A DNA stretch of 64,000 nt from an uncultured virus (IMG/VR IMGVR_UViG_3300044953_000297) (IMGVR_UViG_3300044953_000297), one strand, 5' to 3'. Shown: positions 20,865 to 31,708, numbered from the stretch's first letter. The notes: a model not told the origin generated them from the sequence alone. Numbers and translations are program-made.

Positions 20865-20892
20865 GCCGTCAGAGAAATCTGACGGTTTTTTT
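20865..20892 (+). terminator. Intrinsic terminator
   Basis: GCCGTCAGA-GAAA-TCTGACGGTTTTTTT. Confidence 0.85.
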
Positions 20893-20949
20893 ATTTTTGG
20901 GGTTGACATTGTAAAAAGGTCTGATAAGATTAAGGTATAGTTTAAATAT

Positions 20950-21918
20950 ATGAAGAACAAAACATCAGCAAAACTCACCGTTTCAAATCTAGACATCAAG
21001 CAGTATCTTGATACTTGTATCAACCTTCGTCCGACATCACTGATTATGGATGATCTTAAGTGGAAGTATATGGTTCGTTCCGCTCTTCGTGGAAAGAATA
21101 TTCTTCTACTTGGACCTACTGGTTGTGGTAAGACTCTAGCTGCTCAAACTGTTGCCAAGGTACTTAATAAGGAATCCTCATTTTTCTATTTTAATCTAGG
21201 TGCTACACAAGATGCACGGTCTGCTCTTATTGGAAATACTCACTTTGACAAGAGTACTGGCACACTATTTAAGGAGTCTAGTTTCGTTAAGGCTATTCGT
21301 ACACCTAACGCTATCATTCTTCTGGATGAAATTAGTCGTGCTCATCACGATGGTGTAAATATTCTTATGACCGTACTTGATGATCTTCAACGGTATCTTC
21401 GTTTGGATGAAAAGGAAGATAACGAAGTTGTAAAGGTTGCGGGGGGAGTCACTTTTATTGCTACTGCAAATGTTGGTAACGAATATACCGCTACCCGTGT
21501 TATGGATCGTGCTTTGCTTAGCCGTTTTCCTGTAAAAATTGAAATGAGTCCTCTTGACGTAGATAGCGAATATAACCTTCTTAAGTCACGGTTCAATATT
21601 TCAGATGATTCACACCTCCAAGTATTGAAGGCTGTATGTGAGATTTCTGACCATACTCGCAAACAGGTTAAGCAAGATGATAGTAAGTTGACTAATTTTA
21701 TTCCAACTCGTACCACAGTTGAAATTGCTGAACTTATTGTTGACGGATTTAATCTTATGGAAATTGCTGAAACTACCATCTATCCCAACTTTAGTGAAGA
21801 TGGTGGCGTAGATAGTGAGCGTACTTATATCAAGCAATTGGTTCAAAAGTATGTAAAGGTTGAATCTAAAGACAATCTATTCAATGATCCGCTGAAGTCT
21901 GATCAGCCTCCTTTTTAA
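20950..21918 (+). CDS. MoxR/CobS-like AAA+ ATPase
   Basis: GPTGCGKT, LLDEISRA, ATAN, MDRALLSRF. Confidence 0.88.
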   Translation: MKNKTSAKLTVSNLDIKQYLDTCINLRPTSLIMDDLKWKYMVRSALRGKNILLLGPTGCGKTLAAQTVAKVLNKESSFFYFNLGATQDARSALIGNTHFDKSTGTLFKESSFVKAIRTPNAIILLDEISRAHHDGVNILMTVLDDLQRYLRLDEKEDNEVVKVAGGVTFIATANVGNEYTATRVMDRALLSRFPVKIEMSPLDVDSEYNLLKSRFNISDDSHLQVLKAVCEISDHTRKQVKQDDSKLTNFIPTRTTVEIAELIVDGFNLMEIAETTIYPNFSEDGGVDSERTYIKQLVQKYVKVESKDNLFNDPLKSDQPPF

Positions 21919-21937
21919 TAATTAACCATAATACTAT

Positions 21938-24085
21938 ATGAGCAATCATAGCGATTTCTGGATGACAGAGTACGATGATTGGGACTTTATTGAAGATCCC
22001 ACATTGTCTGAAAATGTTGACGATTCTACTGACGATGGTAATGATAAAGATTTTCTTCAATCGGAACGCACTCGTAAGCTAATTCGTCTATCATCGGCTC
22101 GTCGTGCTGTGGCAAATTATGTCGCAATTCTTACGGGTAAAAATGTACCTGTAATGTTCAACGATAGCAATGTCAACTGCACAGATGGTAGCGTTGTATA
22201 CTTGAGTAGCGACATTACTAAAAAAGACAACTTTGATGTAGCAGTTGGACTGGCGCTGCATGAAAGTAGTCATATTAAATACAGTGACTTTGAACTGTTT
22301 AAGACAGTTTGGATGAAAGTACCTCGTAGTATTTACAATTACACCGAAAAGCTGAATATCAGCAAGGACACGGTTGGCACTGTATGTAAAGATATTTACA
22401 ATTATGTTGAAGATCGGTATATTGATTATACTGTACACGAAAACGCTCCGGGTTATCGGGGGTATTATGATGCACTATACGATGAGTATTTTAATTCTAA
22501 AGTAATTACTGATGCATTGCAGAGTGATCTATACAAGACCCTTAGTGTGGAATCATACATGTTTCGTATTATCAATTTAACTAATCCAGATACAAATCTA
22601 AGGGTATTGCCAGGTCTTTATGACATTGCCAAGATTCTAGATTTGAGCAATATTAAGCGTTTGGAGAAACCTTCTGACAGACTTGATGTGGCATTCCAGA
22701 TTGCTGAAATTGTGTTCAAAAACGTCACGGAGTTTAGTGATATTAATAAAATCAAAAAGTCCTCTGCTGGATCTGATGGAGAAGGTGATTCTGGAAACGG
22801 TGAACCTTCAAACCAAACTGGCCAAGATGGAGAATCTGAAAGCGTTGGAATTTCCGTTGAACAAAATTCAAATCAATCTGGAGACGTAAGTAACGCAGAT
22901 TCTTCAAGTTCTGGTCTAGATGATTTACTTGGAGGTACTGAATCTGCGGTTGCTACAACGCAGAACGATAAGATTATTGACAATATTGGCGAAGATAAAA
23001 AGGTAAGCAAAACCAAGCTATCAAAAATCAAGAAGGCTTTTGAAAAGCAAAAGGAGTTCTTGAAGGGATCTATTAAGAAGAAAAAGGTTACCACGAAAGA
23101 AAAAGACCTTTTGGATATTCTTGAAAAGAGCAAGGTTGAGATCGTAGATGTTGCACAAGAATATGCTAAAAATTATGGAGTAATTGGCGGCGTTGAATGT
23201 ATTGTTGTCAAGAACATGACCAAGGAACTTTTGATGTCCGAGGAATGTCCAATGTATATTGGAAACAATAACACCGATACATATAAGCGTCATCTCACAA
23301 ATGTAAATGCTGGTATTATTATGGGCACCAAGCTCGGCCGTCGTCTACAAGTTCGAAATGAAATTAATACACATAAGTTTTCTCGTCGTTATACTGGGAA
23401 ACTAGATAAACGATTGATTCACGAATTGGGATTTAGTGACGAGAATATTTTCTATACAACTCTTACCGAGAAGTATAAGAAGATTAATTTTCATATCAGT
23501 GTAGATGCTAGCTCAAGCATGTCTGGACATAAGTGGGACAAGGCAATTCGTTTATGTGTTGCTATTGCTAAGGCTGCGTCTATGTTGGATAATGTAAATC
23601 TAACCATTAGTTTTAGAACAACTACGGGTAAGAATCCGTATATCTTGATTGGATACGATTCCAAAGTAGACAAGTTTAGTAAGATTCGTAATCTGTTTCC
23701 ATATCTAACTGCAACAGCGGTGACTCCTGAAGGATTGTGTTTTGAAGCAATTATGAAACATTTGTCAACTTTCTCTAACGATGCAAACAATTATTTTGTA
23801 AATCTTAGTGATGGTGAACCATATTTTTCATATAATGTCGGTACCACCTCTATTAGTTATAGTGGTCTCTCGGCAGCAACTCATACACAGACCCAAGTTA
23901 AGAAAATTCGCAATGCTGGTTATAATGTAATTAGCTATTTTATTTCGGATAATTATTTTAATCCAAATAGTAAAGAGCTATTTCGTACCATGTATGGTGA
24001 GGATTCTAATTTCATCAATGTAGATAATATTATTCAAATCGCTGGAACTTTGAATAAAAAGATGATGGAATCGCTTGACACATAA
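21938..24085 (+). CDS. CobT-like protein: HExxH peptidase-like domain + VWA domain
   Basis: LHESSH, VEDRYI, acidic linker, MIDAS DASSSMSG, TPEG, SDGEP. Confidence 0.82.
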   Translation: MSNHSDFWMTEYDDWDFIEDPTLSENVDDSTDDGNDKDFLQSERTRKLIRLSSARRAVANYVAILTGKNVPVMFNDSNVNCTDGSVVYLSSDITKKDNFDVAVGLALHESSHIKYSDFELFKTVWMKVPRSIYNYTEKLNISKDTVGTVCKDIYNYVEDRYIDYTVHENAPGYRGYYDALYDEYFNSKVITDALQSDLYKTLSVESYMFRIINLTNPDTNLRVLPGLYDIAKILDLSNIKRLEKPSDRLDVAFQIAEIVFKNVTEFSDINKIKKSSAGSDGEGDSGNGEPSNQTGQDGESESVGISVEQNSNQSGDVSNADSSSSGLDDLLGGTESAVATTQNDKIIDNIGEDKKVSKTKLSKIKKAFEKQKEFLKGSIKKKKVTTKEKDLLDILEKSKVEIVDVAQEYAKNYGVIGGVECIVVKNMTKELLMSEECPMYIGNNNTDTYKRHLTNVNAGIIMGTKLGRRLQVRNEINTHKFSRRYTGKLDKRLIHELGFSDENIFYTTLTEKYKKINFHISVDASSSMSGHKWDKAIRLCVAIAKAASMLDNVNLTISFRTTTGKNPYILIGYDSKVDKFSKIRNLFPYLTATAVTPEGLCFEAIMKHLSTFSNDANNYFVNLSDGEPYFSYNVGTTSISYSGLSAATHTQTQVKKIRNAGYNVISYFISDNYFNPNSKELFRTMYGEDSNFINVDNIIQIAGTLNKKMMESLDT

Positions 24086-24102
24086 CATACCTGTGTTATA
24101 AT
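24075..24102 (+). promoter_or_regulatory. sigma70-type promoter
   Basis: TTGACA-16 bp-TATAAT with TG upstream of -10. Confidence 0.7.
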
Positions 24103-24160
24103 ATATTTGTGGGTAATTACTACCTAAAAAACATAAACAAAATAATAAGGAAAAAATAAA

Positions 24161-24535
24161 ATGAAGAAGACTGATCGCAAGAACAAGACTAACCTAACTG
24201 TAACTTGGCCAACTGACATTTTTACTATTAAAGAGTTGAACGCCGCAAATCCTGACTTCGTGGAGATTACTCTACGAGTTCGTCTCAAGAAGGCACTTGA
24301 ATCTGGAGAGGTAAATGATGTAGGTGTGTTGCATAACGGTAAGGGTCGTCCAACAAGTGTATTTGTACACGGCACTCCTACAGAGGCTCATATTGATGAA
24401 GCTAAGTCTAGGGAAGTCATTCTAAAAGATAGTTTGGTTGTCAATGTACTCAAGGTTGACTCTAACAAAACCCAAACATCAAATCCCGCTGTCATTACAA
24501 TGGATGTTGATATGCGTCAACGAACTGTTGCTTAA
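24161..24535 (+). CDS. Small basic protein, possible winged-helix DNA-binding
   Basis: FTIKEL...ITLRVRL...GKGRP pattern; AAGGA RBS. Confidence 0.55.
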   Translation: MKKTDRKNKTNLTVTWPTDIFTIKELNAANPDFVEITLRVRLKKALESGEVNDVGVLHNGKGRPTSVFVHGTPTEAHIDEAKSREVILKDSLVVNVLKVDSNKTQTSNPAVITMDVDMRQRTVA

Positions 24536-24542
24536 TATTTAC

Positions 24543-24782
24543 TTAAATGTTGTAAGACCACTGCGGATCCAATTTCATGGGTCCGTTTTTTTCTTTTATA
24601 TAATAATATATTGAGGAATTTTTATTGTGTTCTTTTATACTTTTCATGATGCCCTCAACCATATTCCATTTTCCATAATAAATGGGAACATCAAAGTTAT
24701 TATCGTAAATTGCAAATTCTGTCGTAGAAAGTTCTAGAACATAAAATATTGATTCTTTTGGATTGAGTTTTTTAAAGGTCAT
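24543..24782 (-). CDS. Hypothetical protein
   Basis: ORF divergent from 24797; probable start MTFKK. Confidence 0.5.
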   Translation of the reverse strand: MTFKKLNPKESIFYVLELSTTEFAIYDNNFDVPIYYGKWNMVEGIMKSIKEHNKNSSIYYYIKEKNGPMKLDPQWSYNI

Positions 24783-24796
24783 GATATAGTATATAT

Positions 24797-25981
24797 ATGG
24801 ATGCATTACAAGAATTTTTCGGAGTAGAAGCATTTGATTTTGAAACCAATAAACGAAAATTGATTCAAAACTTAGATACGCTCAAAGCCATGTCTGTCGA
24901 GGAACAGACATTTTATAAGAAATGGCAAGAAATACAATCATATTCAGATGATTCGGTAAAAGCCAACACTGTAAAAGCTAAGATTTGGACCCCAACCGAT
25001 TTTAACGATGAATCTTTAACTATAAAGGAAATTGAACAGTGTAATCCTACACTTGTACATATAGATAATAAATTGTTAAATGATGATTGGACTACACTGC
25101 GAGTATTTGGTCATACTATGAGGTTTGATCAAACCCCCGGCAGATTTTTAAAGTTTTTGATTACAGATGGAAATGTGGACAATCCACGATATATTGGAGT
25201 AATCAGCGTATCCAGTGATGTTATTTCAATTAATGATCGTGACACTTATATTGGTTGGTCTACCGATAACAAAATCAAAGATAAAAAGTTGGCGCATAGT
25301 GCAATTGGTAGTTGTATTATGAGTACACAACCAATTGGATATAACTTTTTGGGCGGTAAATTGGTTGCCGCTATGATTACTACATCTGCGGTCAGAAATT
25401 TGTGGAAGAAGTTGTATAATCAAACATTAGTAGGAATGACCACCACTAGTTTGTATGGTAGCTACAGTATGTACAACAGCTTGAAGTGGTGGCACAAATG
25501 TGGATCAAGTGCTGGAAAAATTGCAATTAAACCTGATGAAGACCTTTATAAAGTGTGGCACGAATGGATTAAGGAGAATTTTAGTGAAAAGTATGATGAA
25601 GCCATGACTCAACGAGAAGGAGTATCAGGACCTGTAACTGGCGCTAAATCTAGGGTAATATCCATGATTTTTAATAAGTGTGGAATTAAACAAAGTGCAT
25701 ATCAACATGGATATGAACGAGGCGTATATTACAGTTGTTTCTATGACAACACTAAAGAGTATCTTCAAAATAAAATCGACGATGGACAGTTAAAGATGAA
25801 AGAACTGTACACCAATGATGTAAAGGGGGTTACCGATTGGTGGAAGCCTAAAGCCGTAGAAAGATATAAGAAATTAAAGTCAGAAGGTAATTTGAAGACC
25901 GATATTCATTTTTATAATAAAATGATTGGAATGAGTTATGATGAAGCCAAATTGCACTACTTCAAAGAAGTGGGCCGATAA
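24797..25981 (+). CDS. DUF4338/DruA-like protein
   Basis: PGRFLKF, QPIGYNFLGGKLVA, TTTSLYG..SMYN, GSSAG motifs. Confidence 0.7.
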   Translation: MDALQEFFGVEAFDFETNKRKLIQNLDTLKAMSVEEQTFYKKWQEIQSYSDDSVKANTVKAKIWTPTDFNDESLTIKEIEQCNPTLVHIDNKLLNDDWTTLRVFGHTMRFDQTPGRFLKFLITDGNVDNPRYIGVISVSSDVISINDRDTYIGWSTDNKIKDKKLAHSAIGSCIMSTQPIGYNFLGGKLVAAMITTSAVRNLWKKLYNQTLVGMTTTSLYGSYSMYNSLKWWHKCGSSAGKIAIKPDEDLYKVWHEWIKENFSEKYDEAMTQREGVSGPVTGAKSRVISMIFNKCGIKQSAYQHGYERGVYYSCFYDNTKEYLQNKIDDGQLKMKELYTNDVKGVTDWWKPKAVERYKKLKSEGNLKTDIHFYNKMIGMSYDEAKLHYFKEVGR

Positions 25982-25984
25982 TCT

Positions 25985-26013
25985 TTGACTTTCTATATAG
26001 AGTGTGTTATAAT
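25985..26013 (+). promoter_or_regulatory. sigma70-type promoter, probably leaderless uvsE transcript
   Basis: TTGACT-17 bp-TATAAT, ATG 6 nt downstream. Confidence 0.75.
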
Positions 26014-26019
26014 ATTAGT

Positions 26020-26931
26020 ATGAATAAATCTCTGTGTTGCATTTCACTCAAGTTACAAGAACAAGGTATTAAAGCGTCTACAATAACAAAGACGAGGTTT
26101 TTTGCACTTAATCGTAAAGAAGCTGAAAAAATTGTAGCTGATAGAACACTTAATAATGTGTATGTTACTCGTAAGACATTGGAATATTGTGCTTTACACA
26201 AGTGGAATTATCGAGTAACAAGTGGCATGATGCCATTGGAAACTCTTCCAGAAGCTAATTTGTTGTTGGAAAACACTTATAATTACAAGGCTATACAAAA
26301 CGAGTTTACATTGTGTGCTAAAATTATCAAGGAAAACAAGATAAGGTGTAGTACTCATCCGGATCAATTTGTTGTGCCTGCTAGTGCAAATAATAATGTA
26401 GTTAAGAAATCTATTGAAGAACTTAACATGCATGCTAAAATGATGGATATGTTGGGACTACCTCAAAGTTATGAGGCTCCTATCAATATTCATATGAACT
26501 GTTATAAAGGTAACCTTAAAGACATCGCCTTTCGTTTTATTGATGTATATAACACACTTTCTCACAGTGTACGGTCTAGGCTGACCCTCGAAAACGAAGA
26601 CAAACTTAATAGTTGGAATATAGAAGAGTTGTATGATTATATTTATTCAAAAACCGGAATACCTATCGTGTACGACAACCTCCATTTTCGGTGTAATAGT
26701 GGTAAGTTGACGGCTAAAAAAGCTGTAAACTTAGCTTGTAGTACTTGGCAAAACTATCGACCGTTGTTTCACTTTAGCGATAACGACCCGAATAACCGTA
26801 ACCCCAGAGCACACGGTAATTATGTTCGTGAACTGCCTAGTGAATATGTTGATTTGGATGTAGACTTTGAATTTGAGTTCAAGGCGAAAGACTATGCCAT
26901 TGAACGATTTGAGACTGAATATAAAATTTAA
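26020..26931 (+). CDS. uvsE: UV-damage endonuclease
   Basis: HPDQF, INIH, LENED, DNLH, FHFS, RAH, EFKAKD. Confidence 0.88.
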   Translation: MNKSLCCISLKLQEQGIKASTITKTRFFALNRKEAEKIVADRTLNNVYVTRKTLEYCALHKWNYRVTSGMMPLETLPEANLLLENTYNYKAIQNEFTLCAKIIKENKIRCSTHPDQFVVPASANNNVVKKSIEELNMHAKMMDMLGLPQSYEAPINIHMNCYKGNLKDIAFRFIDVYNTLSHSVRSRLTLENEDKLNSWNIEELYDYIYSKTGIPIVYDNLHFRCNSGKLTAKKAVNLACSTWQNYRPLFHFSDNDPNNRNPRAHGNYVRELPSEYVDLDVDFEFEFKAKDYAIERFETEYKI

Positions 26932-26943
26932 TCAAAAAAGTTA

Positions 26944-26972
26944 TTGACAGATTGGTAAAGATGTTGTAATAT
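26944..26972 (+). promoter_or_regulatory. sigma70-type promoter
   Basis: TTGACA-17 bp-TAATAT. Confidence 0.6.
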
Positions 26973-27032
26973 AAATTTAAGTTAGTAACACACTAACGAA
27001 ACAAACAAAAAAAAAATAAAAGGAAAGTATAT

Positions 27033-27245
27033 ATGTATACTCGTAAAAATGCTCGTAACAAGACTAACTTCGTCGGCCATAACACCAGTGGCGTTGAGAT
27101 TTATCTCTCTACTCCGTTTCTGAAGGCTAAGAAGGCGTCTCGATTAACCCTCCGCGCTGGTAACGCTCGTGTCGATCTCACCGGTCGTCAGATTAATGCT
27201 CTCCGTGAGGTTCTCGCTGCTGGTACCCGTACTACCCGCGCCTAA
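27033..27245 (+). CDS. Small basic hypothetical protein
   Basis: AAGGA RBS; biased codon use (CGT, GCT, CTC) suggesting high expression. Confidence 0.65.
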   Translation: MYTRKNARNKTNFVGHNTSGVEIYLSTPFLKAKKASRLTLRAGNARVDLTGRQINALREVLAAGTRTTRA

Positions 27246-27254
27246 TCGTTACGA

Positions 27255-27512
27255 ATGAACGAAAACCATAATTTGGTTTGGATGTGGTTGCTAGTAGGAC
27301 TGGCAACCACATTTTCTTTAATTAATATCTATTTGTTCGTTAGATTGTTAAAGAAACTTGATGACAATATGCTTGTAGTGTCTGAAGCACTTGAAGTGTA
27401 TAATGAACAGTTATCTCGTCTTGTAAAAGATGTTGAGGTTTTAAAGAAAAATGTTAGAACGATGAATAATGAAGTTAAAGAAAACATCCGATATCGAAAA
27501 GACAAAGACTAA
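27255..27512 (+). CDS. Small membrane-anchored coiled-coil protein
   Basis: N-terminal TM helix then heptad-like region. Confidence 0.55.
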   Translation: MNENHNLVWMWLLVGLATTFSLINIYLFVRLLKKLDDNMLVVSEALEVYNEQLSRLVKDVEVLKKNVRTMNNEVKENIRYRKDKD

Positions 27513-27945
27513 AGGATTATTCGATCATATAAATCACATTCGTGAGGTTAAAGATCCTAATTATTATGTTAATTTGACGGATGAAGAAAAGAAGTCATTT
27601 AACAAATATATGCTTGTGCGTATACTGAGTATGGATAGTGATGTAATTGAAGAGATGTCGATAATTTCAAAATATTTTCAAGTTATTCCAGAAGAACAAT
27701 TTTACAAAGTATTGATTGATATAATTCCAAGAGGTCGTAAATTTTGTAAGTACATTAAAAAAAGTACTGAAAATGTAAATGAAACGATACTTGAATGTAT
27801 TTGTAATAAGTTTGGTGTAGGTAAAAGAGATGCTACCGATTATTATAATATACTTATTACGAACGATGTTGGTATAAAAGAACTAGTATCACTTGTTGAA
27901 GGATATGGATATAGTGAAAAAGAGATAGAAAAGTTATTTAAATAA
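27469..27945 (+). CDS. Clamp loader accessory subunit (gp62-like)
   Basis: LFDHIN, FNKYMLVRILSMD, IPRGRKFCKYIKK pattern. Confidence 0.65.
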   Translation: MKLKKTSDIEKTKTKGLFDHINHIREVKDPNYYVNLTDEEKKSFNKYMLVRILSMDSDVIEEMSIISKYFQVIPEEQFYKVLIDIIPRGRKFCKYIKKSTENVNETILECICNKFGVGKRDATDYYNILITNDVGIKELVSLVEGYGYSEKEIEKLFK

Positions 27946-27946
27946 T

Positions 27947-28588
27947 ATGAAAATTATAGGAATTAGTGGTATAGCTCGTAGTGGCAAAGACTTATTTACT
28001 ACAGTTGCGCAACGGATATTGTCTGCTAACGGATTAAAGACTGAAAGATGTGCTTTGGCGTATGAATTAAAGAGTGATTTAAAAGATCTTATTAAAGAAA
28101 AGACCGGAATAAATGTTTTTACGGAAGACACTAAAGAAAAGAACATTATTCGTCCGTTACTTGTTGCCTATGGCGATGTGATGAGAAAGATTAGTGAAGG
28201 TAAGTATTGGACTTCTAAAGTTGAGACTCGTATAAGTACATTAAAAGCTGATGTAATTTTTATTACTGATATAAGATATGATGTTTATCCAGAGGATGAG
28301 TGTAATTGGCTCCAAAGAAAAATGAATGGTAAATTAATTCATTTAACGAAATATCAGATGTCACCCGCACCATCTAAACGAAGAATTAGTACAACTAAGC
28401 CTGTAAAAGTGTATGAAGCGGCGCCAAATGAACATGAATTATTTAATAATCCAAAAGTGAGAGCTAAAGCTGATTATGTTTTTGAATGGGAAGACTATAG
28501 TCAAAAACTAGATAAATATAAGTTGGAAGAACATCCTTATATTATTGAAAATGTCACGATAGCGCTTCAGAAGATTAACGCAATTTAA
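27947..28588 (+). CDS. Deoxynucleoside monophosphate kinase
   Basis: GISGIARSGKD P-loop, RPLLVAYG, ITDIRY. Confidence 0.8.
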   Translation: MKIIGISGIARSGKDLFTTVAQRILSANGLKTERCALAYELKSDLKDLIKEKTGINVFTEDTKEKNIIRPLLVAYGDVMRKISEGKYWTSKVETRISTLKADVIFITDIRYDVYPEDECNWLQRKMNGKLIHLTKYQMSPAPSKRRISTTKPVKVYEAAPNEHELFNNPKVRAKADYVFEWEDYSQKLDKYKLEEHPYIIENVTIALQKINAI

Positions 28589-28856
28589 TTCGTTTAATTT
28601 CGTGAGATCCGTTATGGTAGAATATAATTTCGGAATCTGATGTTTTTAATTTCAAATAATCTATCATATTTACAACTGTAGAATTTACTAAATTAATGTA
28701 TAATATATTACATTCTTCAGCTTTTATAGCTTTTCTTTGTCGTTGACAACTACATATTTTATTTAAAACGGATATACAATTTTTAAGCGTATTAAATTGT
28801 GAGATATTATCATTTCCAAATATATTTATAAATTCTTGATAATTGCCTATAATCAT
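28575..28856 (-). CDS. Hypothetical protein
   Basis: 93-aa ORF, ATGA-coupled to upstream gene. Confidence 0.55.
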   Translation of the reverse strand: MIIGNYQEFINIFGNDNISQFNTLKNCISVLNKICSCQRQRKAIKAEECNILYINLVNSTVVNMIDYLKLKTSDSEIIFYHNGSHEIKRIKLR

Positions 28857-29242
28857 AATAGTTTTCTTATTATTAAATATAATAACAAACTAAAAATATA
28901 ATTTATTGGTAATAGTATTAATGAGTGCTCAATAGGGTGACCTAAATATAGAATAAAACTTAATACACTAATTAAAGTGCTCCAAAAACATAAACATATT
29001 GGACAACTAATTAATTTAGTCAGATATCCAGGATATTTTGTATAGAGAAAATTTGCATAATTACTCATCACATCTTCTTCTAATTTATATTTTTCAAATT
29101 CAGGCAATTTTAATAAATATCGCGTTTTAGTTAATTTGCCAAATGTTTGAACTATATCACTTTCAAACCACATGGTTAAAATAAAAGTGATAAAACAAAT
29201 TAAGGAAACATTTATTATTATATAATTAAACATATTGAACAT
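28853..29242 (-). CDS. Membrane protein with CPICxxFW motif
   Basis: Hydrophobic segments; LISCPICLCFW. Confidence 0.6.
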   Translation of the reverse strand: MFNMFNYIIINVSLICFITFILTMWFESDIVQTFGKLTKTRYLLKLPEFEKYKLEEDVMSNYANFLYTKYPGYLTKLISCPICLCFWSTLISVLSFILYLGHPIEHSLILLPINYIFSLLLYLIIRKLL

Positions 29243-29244
29243 AA

Positions 29245-29811
29245 TTATTTTTCTATGCATATTATGCCTTCGTAATCAAACAAAGACCTAGTAAAATTTT
29301 CTTGTTGTGAATAACCTATTTTTTTAATAATTTCTATTTTATCGTACTCAACTAAATCATCTATTGCTTTTTTAATTTCAGAAAATGCACCATAATTGTC
29401 GAAAATGAAGTACTTCTTACCGTCTGATTTTAATTTTAAAGCATTATGTACATCTATTTGAACCGCATCATAGGTGTGAACAGCGTCAACCATGATTACA
29501 TCGGCAGTGTCCACAGGCAATCCATATTTATATACATCTTGCCCAAAGCTTTTTACATTGGTTCTACCATTTTTTTTACAGAACTCATCAGCTTTATCAA
29601 TTTTTTTTTCATTGATACCATATACTTGTTTGAATAGAAAACTCAGAATAAAGGTTGTATATCCCAAATCTGAACCAATTTCTAATGCAGTTTTGTCTTT
29701 GAATTCTGGTTTATCAAAGAATGAATAAACATCACGCTTAAACTTTTTTGAAGTGGTGTATTTATGTTCAAACTTATCTGGTACTAAAGCTAATATTTCG
29801 TCTATATTCAT
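29245..29811 (-). CDS. Class I SAM methyltransferase (Methyltransf_24-like)
   Basis: LEIGSDLGYT, MVDAVHTYDAV..D, FIFDN. Confidence 0.75.
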   Translation of the reverse strand: MNIDEILALVPDKFEHKYTTSKKFKRDVYSFFDKPEFKDKTALEIGSDLGYTTFILSFLFKQVYGINEKKIDKADEFCKKNGRTNVKSFGQDVYKYGLPVDTADVIMVDAVHTYDAVQIDVHNALKLKSDGKKYFIFDNYGAFSEIKKAIDDLVEYDKIEIIKKIGYSQQENFTRSLFDYEGIICIEK

Positions 29812-31010
29812 AACAATTTGGTAATATACCACTTATCATTAATATCTATTAATCCTTTACTATAATCTTTTAAATTTTTTATTTTTAATTTAAATATATC
29901 AAATTCTGCGTCTCCAATTTGACCACTATCTTCCAACATCATTTGTAACATATTGAAAAATTCAAAACTTTCATTTGTTAATTTGTTCGAGTCAAATTCT
30001 AATATCACATCATTTACTTTAGGATCTTCACACCTCTTTAATTTTTTATATAAATCAAATTTAGTATTTTTTTGTTCAACATTGATATATTGTTCATATG
30101 GTACATCTGTGTAGATGGTATCACACCAAGGTTCCAACAAAGCTAATTTATAAGCATCACAATTTTTAACTACAAATCCAACATCATACCGTTTAGGTAC
30201 GATAGGCTTCATTGTATCATTATGTTTAACAAAATGTCCCCATTTGCGAATAAAATTTCTAGCACTCCTATTGTTTTGAGCTAACCATTCATCACTTTCC
30301 TTTCCGACAGTAGTTAATGTCGGATTATATCGACTTCCTCTACAAGTCATGTGATATGCACAACCTTCCCAAGTTTGAATAAACTTATATTCATTGAGAA
30401 GAAATCTATTAAAAATATCACTATCTTCTTTACTTTGTGGAGCGTATAATGGATCGTGACCACCTATCGATTGAAAATCTTTCTTATAAATGGCCCAAGG
30501 CGCAAAAATACCCTCCGTGGTTTTATCTTTTCTAGTTAACTTGGTATCATTAAACCATTTCAAAAAACCAGCTTCATTGAAGTCTTCTGGTTCGGTACCA
30601 AATGCTTGTACGATCTTTTCTGGACCTGGAGGATGTAGAGGGGGTTCAATTCTGGTTAAACTAACGATTGTACCTGGCTGAATATATTTTTCAACATATT
30701 TATCAAAATTTGGACATGCATACATATCCGCATGATAAATCATGACTACATCATTGGTAGCTACTTCATTGATTAGACGGTCGTATAAAATTGTATGACC
30801 CAATCTAGTTGGTCCGTCGTTACGAATAAACTTAAAGTTCGGGTCTTTTTGAGCAGTTTCTTTACACCAATCCAAAGTGCCATCGTTACTGAAGTCGTCT
30901 GCAACACAGATTTCATGATCTTTGTGACTTAAATTTTTACGAATAGCCTCGTAACTCCATTTAAGATATTTCAGATTGTTTCTGCTCGGTTGGATAAAAC
31001 TAATTTTCAT
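29808..31010 (-). CDS. Family 2 glycosyltransferase
   Basis: ISFIQP, ADDFSNDGT, HADM, GGHD...EDSD. Confidence 0.85.
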   Translation of the reverse strand: MKISFIQPSRNNLKYLKWSYEAIRKNLSHKDHEICVADDFSNDGTLDWCKETAQKDPNFKFIRNDGPTRLGHTILYDRLINEVATNDVVMIYHADMYACPNFDKYVEKYIQPGTIVSLTRIEPPLHPPGPEKIVQAFGTEPEDFNEAGFLKWFNDTKLTRKDKTTEGIFAPWAIYKKDFQSIGGHDPLYAPQSKEDSDIFNRFLLNEYKFIQTWEGCAYHMTCRGSRYNPTLTTVGKESDEWLAQNNRSARNFIRKWGHFVKHNDTMKPIVPKRYDVGFVVKNCDAYKLALLEPWCDTIYTDVPYEQYINVEQKNTKFDLYKKLKRCEDPKVNDVILEFDSNKLTNESFEFFNMLQMMLEDSGQIGDAEFDIFKLKIKNLKDYSKGLIDINDKWYITKLL

Positions 31011-31060
31011 ATTGTATATATAATACTTATTGTTGTCAACTTTTAATTATAATTGTTTTT

Positions 31061-31708
31061 ATGGATAATATTGATAGAATTTACTGCATTAATATGCCAC
31101 ACCGAACTGATAGATGGGAGCAATGTTTAAAAAATTTTGACAAAATAAACTGTACAAATTATCAGAGAACCGATGGTCAGAAAGTATCATTTAGTTTTTT
31201 GAGATCTCATGAAAACGGTAACTTTGGGTTAATAAAAAGCATGACGAATTGTTTTAAAGATAGCATAAATAATAATTATAATAATATTCTTATATTTGAG
31301 GACGATTTTTTACCAACGGCTCATTTTAATAACGATGTGATCAAAAACACAATAAATGATGTGTATACTACTAACGATTGGGATATGGTATATCTGGGAT
31401 ATAGAAAAAAAGGAGATATTAAAAAGTATAACGATAACTTAAATAGAATATATGGTGCTTATACTACACATGCTATTTTATACAATAGAAAATACATTGA
31501 GTATTTATTAAATGAATTACCCCAAGATTGTTGGGACAATAATAAGATTAAAAATTGGATTAAACAACATAGGGCAATCGATGTTTATTTTTCAACGGAG
31601 TCTAATGTTAGAAAATATTATTGTGGTAAATTTAATTTTTTCACTCAAATGCCTTCACATTCTGATATAGAAAACGAGTGGGTAGATTATAATAAACTAA
31701 TATCATAA
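31061..31708 (+). CDS. Family 25 glycosyltransferase
   Basis: YCINM..RTDR, LIFEDD, TTHAIL, SDI. Confidence 0.8.
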   Translation: MDNIDRIYCINMPHRTDRWEQCLKNFDKINCTNYQRTDGQKVSFSFLRSHENGNFGLIKSMTNCFKDSINNNYNNILIFEDDFLPTAHFNNDVIKNTINDVYTTNDWDMVYLGYRKKGDIKKYNDNLNRIYGAYTTHAILYNRKYIEYLLNELPQDCWDNNKIKNWIKQHRAIDVYFSTESNVRKYYCGKFNFFTQMPSHSDIENEWVDYNKLIS

